Assembly (NCBI GenBank): GCA_002633005.1
Contig: NMRA01000126.1
Coordinates: forward strand, 326,979 to 390,978
DNA length: 64,000 bases
DNA from: Phoronis australis
Lineage: Eukaryota; Animalia; Phoronida
Direction: 5' to 3'
Shown in pieces: positions 53,301 to 62,479 of this stretch (positions within the stretch are counted from its first letter, which is position 1; every line of letters begins with the position of its first letter). Under the pieces are notes generated by a model that saw nothing but the letters and a program-made list of their open reading frames with translations, was not told the origin of the DNA and did not search any database. A program made the position numbers and the translations under genes.

Positions 53301-56300
53301 AACTTTCTCTAATTATAAAGTCACATGATCCCAACCGTGCCATCAGAAACTTGGGTGAAAATCTGGCCAATGTAACTGTGGATGACTAAGGAAATGGAAA
53401 TGCTGAACGAATAGACAGGACAATATCAAACCAAAACATAATGAATTAATTGTTACTAAATCCATCATGCAAATCTGGGCTTTCAAATGCTTAAACAATA
53501 TTCTGGAACATGAATCGAGTCATCAACGACTGGGGTAAATGCACTTTGTTGGAAGGATATTTGAGCATTCAACCATTCGCTTGAGGCCTCACGTAAATCC
53601 TTATTTTGAGTCCAACATCATTTTGAGCACTTTGAAGACTTTTAACATTTTAAGTCATATCTTTCGATAGGACTCCAATTGACATATACAACTTGACATA
53701 TAGAAGACTTTATAACTGTATGCATCATTGTTTTTTTCATGAAAATTGACCAAGGAAATTCAAACATAAAAAAACAGAATATAATGCATTTTCCTATCCA
53801 GTGCAGAGAGAAGACACGGTGTGGTATGATAATAAGCAAACAACTTAAAGAGCTGAAGTCAGAAAATTCAAACAAAAATTTGAGCAGAATAAATATTTGC
53901 AGAAAAGAGTCTGTAAAGCAAACTTCTAATACAATGATCAGTAACTGTTTGAAAGTACGGAATGTTCGAGTTTTCCAAGGAGAATGCAAGTCTGACCCAT
54001 TACCATGCCACACGTATCTTCTGCCCATTACATTTAAGACTAAACAACATGTGCTCTCCCAGAAAAAGCAGACGTCACCAGAACTGAAATGAGCTGCACA
54101 AATTTTATGTTTTCCATGTCTAAACAGAAGCCAGCATGCAATTTCAAGCGTTCTCTGAATGACAAATCTGCTTAGATTAATAACTTTTGCACATTCAAGA
54201 CATATAAGTTCACAACCGCAACTTATAAATAATGAATAATTTCCACAAAACACGGATTGTAAGTTATGTTTGCTAGTCAGTTAGTTCATTACTAATACTA
54301 TCCTGAATCAGGCACTAAGACAACTCGACAAGAAAATGAGAAAAGTTGTGGAGTTGTCCCAATTGGATGATCACTACAGGAGAGCACACATGTCTAAACG
54401 AAACTCTTTCGGGCTTTGTCGAGACGCGTGGCACACAGGTCTGATCTGCAGTATCCTTGAATGTTCTGTTCTGTAATGAAAAGAGGGTTTAAGTTTGGAA
54501 AGTTCAAATGAATTCGATTAGGACAAGTTGTGAATAGAAGGCAACAAAAAACTCTAGCTGTTAAATTCTGTCCATAACCTTAGCAAAAAATATTCTGTTT
54601 TGAAAATTCAACAAAAACGAGGAAAAAGTGAAAATGTGCAATAACAAGAGACTGGATGTAATTTATCGGCTGAGTTGGTGCTTACATACTCCATGTAAAT
54701 ACAATTAATTATTCATGACACCATCAAGATGTGTTTTGATAGAAGATTTAGGAAACATTATACATCTAAACTTGCATAATTTGGAGTTAATCTTAAATTT
54801 GTGGGGTGCTGATATAATTTTATCTTTGCCACGTGAAATAGGAACAAGTATTATGTTTCCCTAGTAACGCATTATTTGCCTCTTAAGTGCCTAAATCATG
54901 CACAGCGTAATTATAGGTCAGCTCATTAGTTGAAAAATGAGGTAACACTGCTACTCATCAACATCTCAGTATCTCAAATTACAAGATATGAATAAAAACG
55001 TTTTTTTACACAACAACAACAAATGATCACTTAATTAGTGGACAAAAACAAACGCATCACATGTCACCAATGATTAAATAGGTTCCATTTATCCCCCCAA
55101 TGTGCTCTGAACTAGGAGTACAACGGAATAGTCAAAGTGTTTCCTAGCCATGTGGCGACAACACCGATGTGAACACAGTTTACAAAGGATATGCAAAAGT
55201 TTCAGTCAGTTAATATCCCCATTATCTTGTTGAATAAGGTTGACCCAACTGTCAAGTAATCAGTTATAAAATTGCATGGCTCTAAAATGGGAATGTTTCT
55301 CTGTCCCAGGGCCTTCCCTAAACTAATTTCTTATAATTGTTTTCCGTATATGATCTGAAGTAAAATGCACAACATTACAGAACGACCCCTATCACTTTCC
55401 CCAAATGTTCATAAGAGATTTACTAAAACAGTTGTGACATTCACTTTTAACATAAAACTGATAATGAACAAATTCTACGAGTCATGAAATAGGAAAGTTT
55501 ATTTGTGAACAGAAACAAAACTTAAGCTGCGCTTTCCTATTTCCCTGATGAGATTCATTACGAAATTGCTCATTAGTCCAAAAGCAGTTGGTTTTGGTGT
55601 GTAACCAGACTCACTTTGACACGTGCACTCACCAACTAAAGGATATAATGATGCATGCCCACATCAGTGTCATCCAAGGTCTCATGTTTTTTTGAAAAGC
55701 TGCACAAAGGCATATAAGCAAGGGCAAGCAAGGTTTGTACTGCACGATGCGCCAAGCAATGAGTAAAATAAAATCCTGCATCATTTTGCTCGTTTCAGGT
55801 GGATTTTCTCTTTTGAAAAAGTGAGCAACTAAAAAATCACCAATCTATTTTTCGAAAAAAACAGACAAGAACCAACTATAAGTCCTTGTCCTGACGAGGA
55901 GTACCACCAAACAAAATTCACAATTTAAAATTTGAAAAATCTTGAAGTTAATAACAGGAATGCAGAGCTTCGAAATGCACCAAAAATGCGCATTATTAAT
56001 CACAAGTCATGGTTTTATCACTATTTGAAACATTCCCACCAGAGGGAGCAACACCAGTAAACTTAAATCACCACTCAGGGTGCATCACTTTGTCCAAACA
56101 CTGAATGATGCACTTCCATCCCTCGTCCAAATAATCAACATCAGTCATGCCCTCCACACTATGGGAACGCATCTGATGACTAAATCTATCATTCCCTCTC
56201 AACTCAACTCCTTTCTAATTTCACCACATGCACTTACTATTTCCACTGTGTTTTCTATGTGGCTTTGAGCAGTTGTTTATTCAGTCTATGCAAAATGATA

Positions 56301-59300
56301 TCCTCGTCTAGATTCAAGAAAACATCGACATAAACGAACAAAGAAAGTATAATGTGAGTTCATCACATACGAGCCTTAAAAAATTTGACTGGGGAATTCC
56401 CTCCAATTTTCTACTCACATTCATTCATAGCAGGAGTGGCTGGCCGGGCATCAGACAAAGGTTGCACATAATTGGCTGGGAATACACCAGTGACACCATT
56501 CAGCTCCCCTTTCCACCAATCAGGATTGTCCTTATTGATGACATTTATTGCCGAGTTCTTCTGGAATGACAGCTCGTCCGGGTTCTGTGCCGTATAGGGA
56601 TACATGGCCAAGACAGTATCGATATAGAGTGAGGCCTGCAACTGCTCGGCTTGTGGCTCCACCTATTGACAAAATGACTGATTAGATTCCAATGAAACAG
56701 TTTTTGTTTTTCTTCAAATTGAATGAACGGGATTAGTATGCATTATTTACGAGAAAAAAAGTGATGAATAAAGCAAAATGTAAACAAATATTAACGCAAA
56801 ACTTATTTGACAGCTTGTTATTTTATGAGGAAATATGGAATTGCAATGACATTGACCCAAAATTTAAGCCATGTCACCACTGTATACTTGAAACGTCATT
56901 GACTGAATTTTGTCAAGAAGAAGACTTTCTACTATAAATATCAAAACTGGCTCTGGTTTGAATGAAACTCATGAATGACAGGCACAAGTTGTGGGCTTAA
57001 GTAAACTTCAAAAAGTAAGCAGTTCAACCAACTGTTGGTGTCGACGATTTCTGCGGAGTCGGAGATTTGGCCTGTTCACTTGGTGTTGCTCGGTCGCCAC
57101 CACCAAGAACCTTCACGTAGTTCGCTGGGAACCAGCCTATTCGCTTTTTCTGACCTCGTGCCTGAAGCAAGGAAACGAAAGAGCTAAAAAATAAATCTAG
57201 CAGAACACTGGTAAAACCCCATGGGCTTGTAACTGGAGAGTGCTGAAATGTGCTCATACTTAGGCATGCACATGTATTCTGCTTCAATGTCACCATGGAC
57301 ACTTGCTCGAGACACAGGATAACAAACTTGTCAGAACACGAATGGCAATATCTTTTAGTGATTCATTTACATTCATGTCTGACAGTAATATGACTTACGG
57401 TAATACATTTTCTAGTTACAACCGACAGGAAAAATGCCCAGTGCTACTTACTTACCAGTTAGGCATAGTAAATAAATTCTAGTGAGCGATCTCCACTGAC
57501 TACCTGAATATCAAGACATAACATGCTTCACACGAATGCATTATAAAAATATTATTCTTGTAGGAAACTTTCATTTAAATGCCAAGCAATTGTGTGAAAA
57601 CTAATCTGCATTCAAATGTTCATCAGCCTCATTTACTAATTTATGAAACTGATTATATCAAATTAAACATCCACTAGTCAGTAAGTCAATAAGTTGCATT
57701 TCTATTGTTGCATACAAGCTGTATTCATGATGTAAATTAATGACTTGTAATATTATAGTATTTTAAATTTGATTGGTAACTTTAGGCCAATACTTTAAAT
57801 ATTCATGATTCACTAAATATACACCGGTGACCTAAAGTCATGAATATAAGCATAATAAGCAGCTGATTGTCATACTACCCAATGTCCGTTAGCAACTGCT
57901 CATGTGATGTCATGGACATATATATGTCTTCACAAATATACGTGTTTTGACAATCTTAATCCTTGTTTGTCTCCGTAAGCAAAGTTTTGAAACCGTCGCT
58001 GATATCGCCGGCCATTTTGAATGAGGCCCTAAATTCGTGACCGTTTTGTTTACACGGAAATACATGAAGTAAGACCTCACAAGTAAACTACAGGTGCTTA
58101 CAGTTACTCTAGACGACATAAAAATGCACTGCATTGTTTATTAAATTCAGTTTCAATTGAAATAAATTGTTATATGTTTTGCACCCAACTTTGATGTGCA
58201 CAGACGTTCTCAATGAAGTTGTTCACGTAAAACGCTAAGAACCCAGCATCAAGTATCTCTCTGTATTTTATTGCTTTGGCCTTACAAAATTTGATCGACC
58301 CTGGGACATTTTGATACATTGTTCAAGCTACCCCTGGAGCGCATGTTTGAGTAAATCTGAACGATGAATATTTTCGAAAATATATCCCAAAAATGCACAA
58401 AAAAGTGGATTAGTGAAATGTGCTGATTTTAAGATACATTCGGAAAAAGAAGCCACTCACTCACTGTTTGTTATCATATTGTGAATACCAACACGTCCGG
58501 GTATTCGTTTGACGTTCATAAGCAGACGAACGCTGGAGACCTCAACGCCAGATATCGCGAATCGCGCAGAAGAGGAAATGAAATCGTTCACGACTTTAGG
58601 GCACTCACGACTTTAGGACCTCTGACGGTATAATGTACCAAAACTTCTTTAATTAGTGATTTCCATGAAATATCCATTGTTCATGTCCTACAAATGCCTA
58701 CCTGTAGCTCCCCTTCCCACCAACCGCTTGGACTCTTCTTGCGCACTTGGATCAGCTGACCTGGCTGGAGTGACAGTTGCTCCGCCCCTGTAGCTTCATA
58801 TGGTGCAATGACTGAAGCTATCTCGGGTTTCTTAGCACCCAACTTTTGACCAGGCTAAAATTAAGAACAATTACAGGACAATAAATGAATAAAAAATTAG
58901 AACCAGGAAATGAAAGTTTTCAATAACAGAATAATATTATTTTGGAAATAATTACAAAGTGGCCTCCCAATCTAATGCTACAGCAGAACTGTTAAGACAT
59001 CAATCATGTTAATGGCAGTGCAACGAATACGAAACACAGCAATAGAGACATTCGACAAAGAGATGGTTGTTATGAAAATTAAATGGAAAACTGTTAGGAA
59101 TAAAATCCTGGTTAAATGTTAGTGCAGGAAAGACACTCATTACATTGGAAATGAGAACACAAAAATAGTAACGAAAAACTGGCCTGGTTGCATTCACAGT
59201 CTTTGTCCTGAGTTATTTGCAAAACAACAATCAAAATGACCATGCATTTGAAAAAACATGCAAGTCACAGTCATGCAAGACATGCTTATCAAATTGTCTC

Positions 59301-62300
59301 AACTGTCCTAATTGCTAAATGGCAGCACGACCAACAAAACAGAAGCATTGTAAATTACTATTTACCAGCGAAGTTCAATTTCTCTGCAAATTTTCCATAA
59401 CAAAAGGTAAATGAAAATTATGCCAAGCTCTCCCCCAAAAAGTCAACCCACTTTAAGTTAATTTCTAGCTTACGCTGCAAAAGGAATTTGGGCAAAAGTC
59501 TGTCAGAAATAGTTAAAAATATGAACAAGGTATAGATTTTTTGACAGAGACTTCCATCATTTTGAGTCAAAAATGGAATACAGCGACCGTGACGTAATAG
59601 CAGCCAAGCATCTAGTAGTGAAAGCGTACTTTAGGTGGCGTTAGTAGCGATGGAGCTTGGGCCAGGACAACGGGCGGAGGACTCTGAGGCGTGGGCGTGA
59701 TCTGGACATCACCCGCAGTGTCCACCTGATCAACTCCGGCTTCCTGGACGAGAGATGGGAATGAAACACAACTGAACACACACTACACTACAAAGACGAG
59801 AAACAAGACTAAAACCTTTTCACAGATGGGGGATTGACTGGTTACAGCACTCAAATTGCCACCAATGTTTCTTTATTAGAATTTTGGCTGTTATTCAAAA
59901 TACTTAACCTCCATATACTCAATCTTAAAGAACTGAGTACCATAATATCTTCCATTAATAATTCGAAATGCTGATTGTTTTCGTGAATACAGTGGCTATT
60001 GAGGTTGCAATTTCCACAGAACAATCATTGTCCCCATTCTAATGAAAAGGTCTTTAGTCTAATACAAAGTGGAAATTCCAATAGCATGATACCACTGTCA
60101 CACACAGGCCCCATCATAACATGAAGACATTACCAGTGACTCATCAGTTGTGATAACTCAGCTGAACAACCAGGGAAACCTCCAAATTTATGGATATAAC
60201 TCATTGAACTTTTTGCAAGTGAATTTAGGTCTTCAAACATAGACGAATGCCAATGCCAGATAGCATCATCCTTGTCTTGGGTAAATTGTGCCTTTTGCAA
60301 CTGAACTCAAGCATTCAAATACAGGCATGGTCCAGCCAATGATACGAAATGTTACAATCAAGTACAAATGGTTTGGTTGCAATAAATTAATTTTCAAACG
60401 AATTTTTTGTGAACATTTTAACATAGTAAACACTGTAATTTCCACATTGATCAACACAGCAAGCATGAAAACTAAACTAAGCAGAACTTTCCCTGCAGGC
60501 AGTATGCACATTACAGAACAATACACATGTCTAGCAAGACAGATCATTCTGGTGAAATCTAATTCAGATGATCAAAGCCCCTCCTATCATCTATCCACTG
60601 GCACACATCCATAAATAGTCAGATGTTCAAAGACCCTCTATCATCTACGCACACATCCATAAAAAGTTGGATGTACAAAGCCCCTCCCATCTTCTATCTA
60701 CACATCCATATATAGTCAAATATTCAAAGCCCCTCCTATCATCTATGCACAGATCCATAAATAGTTGGATGTTCAAAGTCCCTCCCATCTTCTTTCCACA
60801 CATCCATAAATAATCAGATGTTCAAAGCCTCTTCTAAGGGCTGTTCCAGTAAAATCTGTATGGGAGGGGGGGAAGGCACCTTTTTATCGCACCCACCACC
60901 CATATTTTTCATTTATTTCTTTAGCCTACCACCCGTAATTTTTTATAAGTTTGAAATGCAACCACCCGTAATTTTTTTTGTTCTTGTGGTTGACTGCACA
61001 AGTGCTTGAGTTTATCTGTTCCTCCATCACCACTAATGTCATTCATTACTAAGAAAACATGTTTCATACATATGGTTATTAGCCATTGAGAAATTCGAGC
61101 ACCTGTGGTTAAATGGTGTTATGGGCATGCCAATGAGGAGATCGGAGGGAGTGAAAAAGTCAGAGCTTTTTGCAAGTTGCATTTTTGTTTCAGTTTTTGA
61201 TTCTGTGCGGATTGTTTATAAAATTTACTAAAATTACCCACCATCAAACATTTATGGCCCAATGAAACAACAACAACCGGTAAATTTTTATTTTTTTGAA
61301 GTACGACAACCAGCCATTTTGAATTTAAATCAAACGCAATCACCCATAAATTTTTATTTCAGTTGCCTTCCCCCCCTCCCACACAGATTTTGCTGGAACA
61401 GCCCTAACAAATAAACACAGTATTTTACAGTGCTTATTCAAATTTTCTTCATCACAGCTTCATTAATAGAGTCGAAATTTAGAGTTGTAACAAAGTGGAA
61501 GCAATTCTCACCAACAGCAAGTTGTTCTGGATGTAGTTCCATGAGGTAACTGTTAATGGCAGATGCTTTAAATTTATAGTTTGATTCTGACCCAAAGTTA
61601 TATTTGGATGGACGAAAGAGTTAAATCTACATGGAAATTGTAGCCAAGCAACATACAAAAGAATGGTCAGGAATAAGTTCAAACAGTAAGTAGTCAAGGA
61701 CAGTGATCAAGTGACGACAACAGTATACTAGTGATAAAGCTAATCGTGGTACTTTCCATTAATTCACATGTCTTTCATATGGCATGGAAACTGTACATTT
61801 GATTAAGGGTGAAATTGCGAACTTGAAGAATGCACCTCAAATTTGATGGCCCCAATGGAAGCTAAATTTTGGACAGCAAATTTTCGGATTTCCATATTCC
61901 AAATTTCAGTTTTGGATATCTTGTTAATGTACTGTAGTATAGGGGTATCACAATCAACTTTTAAAATCACTCCAGAAAAGGCCTAACACACCAAGCTTAA
62001 GTTAATAAATGTGACGTCTTCAGTCTTGACATATTTTGAACACTACTAACAACTACACACAGACCTCATACAAGTGCATGCTCAATAACAAAGGTGAGAG
62101 ACACATTACAGCCAAACTACACCACCCTCTTACTTGAGTTTCCATTTTCTTGACATAGTTTGCAGGGAAAATTCCTGATTTGTCACCCAATGTGCCTGAC
62201 CACCAATCACCTTCCTGCTTCGTAACAGTGATTATGTCCCCTTGATTAAAGCTGAGGTCACCGGGTTCAGCAGACAAATACTTGTACATGCCAACGAAAT

Positions 62301-62303
62301 ATT
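26172..62303 (-). CDS. ITSN1: intersectin (ITSN1/2 orthologue), long isoform, 5'-incomplete; 17 exons encoding SH3C, SH3D, SH3E, DH, PH and C2
   Basis: All 17 exons have GT-AG boundaries and compatible phases (2309 nt, ending in TAG at 26172). Three SH3 domains (WW..G.FPANYV), DH ([26 protein letters not shown]), PH (FLFND), C2 ([27 protein letters not shown]). This domain order is diagnostic of intersectin. EH, coiled-coil and SH3A/B exons lie beyond 64000. Confidence 0.96.
26500..26537. repeat. (CAGT)n microsatellite
   Basis: About 9 cagt units, one interrupted. Confidence 0.9.
26801..27064. repeat. 37-bp minisatellite, 7 copies
   Basis: taagtaggatacaaacaacattatgaatgatgttcca with period 37 and no spacers. 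Confidence 0.95.
27550..27723 (-). CDS. ITSN1: ITSN C2 exon (GKSDPYCEV...YDRDFFTPN)
   Basis: ccag acceptor, g|gtaatt donor. Confidence 0.94.
28524..28676. repeat. 51-bp minisatellite, 3 copies
   Basis: catgacaaagccacatctattccccttgggtacagtgagccgtgaccagct at 28524, 28575 and 28626. Confidence 0.95.
29079..29156 (-). CDS. ITSN1: ITSN exon, start of C2 ([26 protein letters not shown])
   Basis: tttag acceptor, g|gtaatg donor. Confidence 0.92.
30954..31036 (-). CDS. ITSN1: ITSN exon, end of PH ([12 protein letters not shown]...RERAHS)
   Basis: ctgtag acceptor, a|gtaagt donor. Confidence 0.92.
31118..31432. repeat. 24-bp minisatellite, left part (about 13 copies), split by the Gypsy insertion
   Basis: atgataagcagtgacattgtgacc units. 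Confidence 0.93.
31433..31600 (+). repeat. 5' LTR
   Basis: 168 bp, TG...CA, identical by eye to 35804-35971. Confidence 0.97.
31604..31616 (+). promoter_or_regulatory. primer binding site, probably tRNA-Ser(GCU)
   Basis: TGGCGACGAGGAT 3 nt after the LTR, complementary to a tRNA 3' end AUCCUCGUCGCCA; tRNA identity recalled, not searched. Confidence 0.8.
31621..35595 (+). CDS. Gag-Pol polyprotein, 1324 aa (Gag zinc knuckles, protease, RT, RNase H, integrase)
   Basis: First ATG after the PBS; [64 protein letters not shown], in the order PR-RT-RH-IN. Confidence 0.97.
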   Translation: MEDLAIKPFILHPTESAGSRWELWIKRLDNYLVAKNITQDPRKKATLLHYAGEEVFVINDSLPTEENETYDQLKTKLSDHFSPKRNTEYEVYQFRQATQTTSETLDMFCARLRTLAKHCDFADVDREIKSQIIQKTTMEKVRHKGLTEPTISVADLLTYGRTQEAATQQGLAMAPQIVSTCTLTTNQVSGKQPVPHIQPYRHNHKHGNRGKAQKCVGCGGQCTDRRKCPAWGEKCHRCGILNHFQSQCRSKPTTKPQRGRANSTNWLGSDQSDRSFVYNNMYRIDSESAPSADPPHMVDVIINGQIVSMELDTGAKFSVVNEDVWSNICTNNEPLVDSHVILVGYGGAEVRSREAEVNVTQDNQEYRLPLLVTNSGPSLLGRNWLNRLRLDWKRVYTATNTVHELAVLQRYEELFRDELGKYTGGQVSLNVNPETTPVYMKARPVPYALREKVELELNRLINDGVLKSVSSSEWATPVVPVLKNSGDVRICGDYRSTLNKAGLVDKYPIPRIDDLFTKLAGGQIYSKLDLSHAYQQLELTEPSQKLTTLNTLSHGLLAYTRVPFGISSAPGLFQRTMEQVVRGIPMCTVYLDDILVAGRNAAEHKANLVQVLERLKNNGFRLKREKCVFNQTSVTYLGHRLDGAGIRPTKEKVTAIVQAPAPRNVSELRSYVGLLNYYHKFLDNASSVLAPLYALLRNGVKWRWGKRESDAFQHSKRLLTSTNLLVHYQPEYPLLLSCDASPYGVGAVLSHVLEDSSERPIAFASRTLAPAEKNYAQIDREALAIIFGVKHFHSYLYGRNFTIVTDHLPLLGILREGTAIPAMCSSRMKRWALMLSGYNYVLRHKSGQSNGNADALSRLPLECKPFQVPVPEEVVLSLTQMDFTPVTVSKIQRWTQQDPITSAVYRCVLQGFPDTANDLIAQYFSRRHELTVQDGCLLWGARVIIPPQGRTALLDELHGSHPGIVRMKNLARSYIWWPSIDVDIEQCVRQCQSCKENTQSPQHAKVHPWEWPGVPWHRIHIDYAGPMKNGKYILVIVDAHSKFIDAYITDSTSTEATVRKLRQCFATHGLPVMIVSDNGSGFASADFAKFCRNNGIKHTFSAPYHPASNGAAEAAVKIVKTGMARLEGDMETRLYTFLARHRITPHSATGRPPAELLMSRRPRSRLDLAVPDLRQRVLQKQSSAQRAHDTRDFCAGDTVLVRNFAGSPTWVPGMIIEQRGPVSFSVELSDKRIWRRHVDHIVRRTPEDNPSSTTFGPPPSNLPPPQAFVPPTRLTEQPSTPVVDPTADSNATTVRLPVENPPTDSSVVVTRSGRKSIQPDRLNF
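35804..35971 (+). repeat. 3' LTR
   Basis: 168 bp, preceded by the PPT and followed by TSD ccatg. Confidence 0.97.
35972..36445. repeat. 24-bp minisatellite, right part (about 15 copies plus a degenerate tail)
   Basis: Same unit as 31118-31432, resuming in register after the TSD. Confidence 0.93.
37242..37363 (-). CDS. ITSN1: ITSN PH exon ([10 protein letters not shown]...[16 protein letters not shown])
   Basis: ttatag acceptor, ag|gtttgc donor. Confidence 0.92.
38663..39150. repeat. 53-bp minisatellite, about 9 copies, with dimeric higher-order structure
   Basis: accagaga at 38683, 38736, 38790, 38843, 38896, 38946, 38999, 39049 and 39102. Confidence 0.93.
39490..39630 (-). CDS. ITSN1: ITSN PH exon ([18 protein letters not shown]...YKMYKQ)
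   Basis: ttgcag acceptor, cag|gtaatt donor. Confidence 0.93.
41401..41472 (-). CDS. ITSN1: ITSN exon ([24 protein letters not shown])
   Basis: ttccag acceptor, aag|gtatag donor. Confidence 0.92.
42915..43082 (-). CDS. ITSN1: ITSN exon, end of DH ([12 protein letters not shown]...[25 protein letters not shown])
   Basis: tactag acceptor, gag|gtgaga donor. Confidence 0.94.
43256..43354 (-). CDS. ITSN1: ITSN DH exon ([33 protein letters not shown])
   Basis: ttcag acceptor, aag|gtttgt donor. Confidence 0.94.
43960..44067 (-). CDS. ITSN1: ITSN DH exon ([22 protein letters not shown]...EVCQ)
   Basis: ttgtag acceptor, cag|gtaaaa donor. Confidence 0.93.
44631..44771. repeat. degenerate inverted repeat (MITE relic)
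   Basis: aggtgagctcaaggccacctta versus taaggtggctttgagttacct; multiple taaggtg motifs. Confidence 0.5.
45952..46027 (-). CDS. ITSN1: ITSN DH exon ([10 protein letters not shown]...IGDILCEN)
   Basis: ttcag acceptor, aat|gtgagt donor. Confidence 0.93.
46360..46588 (-). CDS. ITSN1: ITSN first long-isoform exon, start of DH (WQSDPDVL...ELINTEESY...[16 protein letters not shown])
   Basis: ttgtag|gg acceptor completes T|GG (Trp); aa|gtaaga donor. Confidence 0.94.
47889..50310 (+). mobile_element. Helentron/HINE-like non-autonomous element(s) with about 146-161-bp tandem core repeats
   Basis: Monomers marked by gccacta and aaatttcatgaaaatcc; trimer-level direct repeat (47889-48120 versus 48325-48570); cgga/caga microsatellite-like tract, stem-loop atgcgtccccacata-aa-tatgtgggcgcat and A-run at 48665-48747; older diverged monomers continue to 50310. 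Confidence 0.7.
49407..49710. repeat. 30-bp minisatellite, 10 copies, derived from the core-repeat motif
   Basis: aaatggccacaaggaggcgcacactaagcc with exact period 30 (49411 to 49681). Confidence 0.95.
50940..54470 (-). other. ITSN1: putative alternative terminal exon / 3' UTR of the short intersectin isoform
   Basis: cctcttttcattacag|aa acceptor at 54470 completes a T|AA stop with the phase-1 SH3E exon; minus-strand AATAAA at 50961-50966 with a downstream GU-rich tract; the 3' end is only a guess. Confidence 0.55.
56419..56662 (-). CDS. ITSN1: ITSN SH3E exon
   Basis: [17 protein letters not shown]...[19 protein letters not shown]; aatag acceptor, t|gtgagt donor. Confidence 0.95.
57033..57161 (-). 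CDS. ITSN1: ITSN SH3D, second exon ([19 protein letters not shown]...)
   Basis: cttcag acceptor; aca|gttggt donor is weaker but keeps phase. Confidence 0.88.
57820..58630. mobile_element. probable non-autonomous DNA transposon relic
   Basis: Right end tcacgactttagg (twice) followed by acctctgacggta; degenerate inverted match cctaaagtcatga at 57831; CpG-richer than the intron. Confidence 0.4.
58702..58854 (-). CDS. ITSN1: ITSN SH3D, first exon ([22 protein letters not shown]...SGWWEGELQ)
   Basis: ttttag acceptor, cag|gtaggc donor. Confidence 0.94.
59630..59743 (-). CDS. ITSN1: ITSN probable cassette exon, Pro-rich SH3C-SH3D linker
   Basis: Strong pyrimidine tract plus ccag, aaa|gtacgc donor, 114 nt, phase 0-0, stop-free, GC-rich against its intron: [38 protein letters not shown]. 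Confidence 0.7.
60567..60831. repeat. about 49-bp diverged minisatellite, 5+ copies
   Basis: gatgttcaaagcccctcc...catccataaa units near 60567, 60621, 60669, 60718, 60767 and 60816. Confidence 0.88.
60838..61404. mobile_element. PIF/Harbinger-type MITE
   Basis: About 40-bp TIRs gggctgttccagtaaaatctgtatgggagggggggaaggca / tgccttccccccctcccacacagattttgctggaacagccc; 3-bp TSD TAA on both sides. Confidence 0.88.
62134..62303 (-). CDS. ITSN1: ITSN SH3C exon
   Basis: [22 protein letters not shown]...[21 protein letters not shown]; ttccag acceptor, caa|gtaaga donor. Confidence 0.95.
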
Positions 62304-62479
62304 CTGGAAGAACAGCCATACAAATAAAAAAATTTGGCAAGTCTCTTGCGTAATAAGTAAGGCAAAACTGTTTCATTACTTCCTCACCCTGAGCATCAAG
62401 AGAAAGACACGGCAGATTTGTAATTTGTTTAAACTTTTTTTAAAAGACTGGATAACCCCTTCAGTGAGTCCACTGATTT

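Noticed and set aside
53642-54253. 203-aa and 117-aa ORFs
   Set aside because: No recognisable motif, composition typical of AT-rich non-coding DNA, and located within the putative short-isoform 3' UTR
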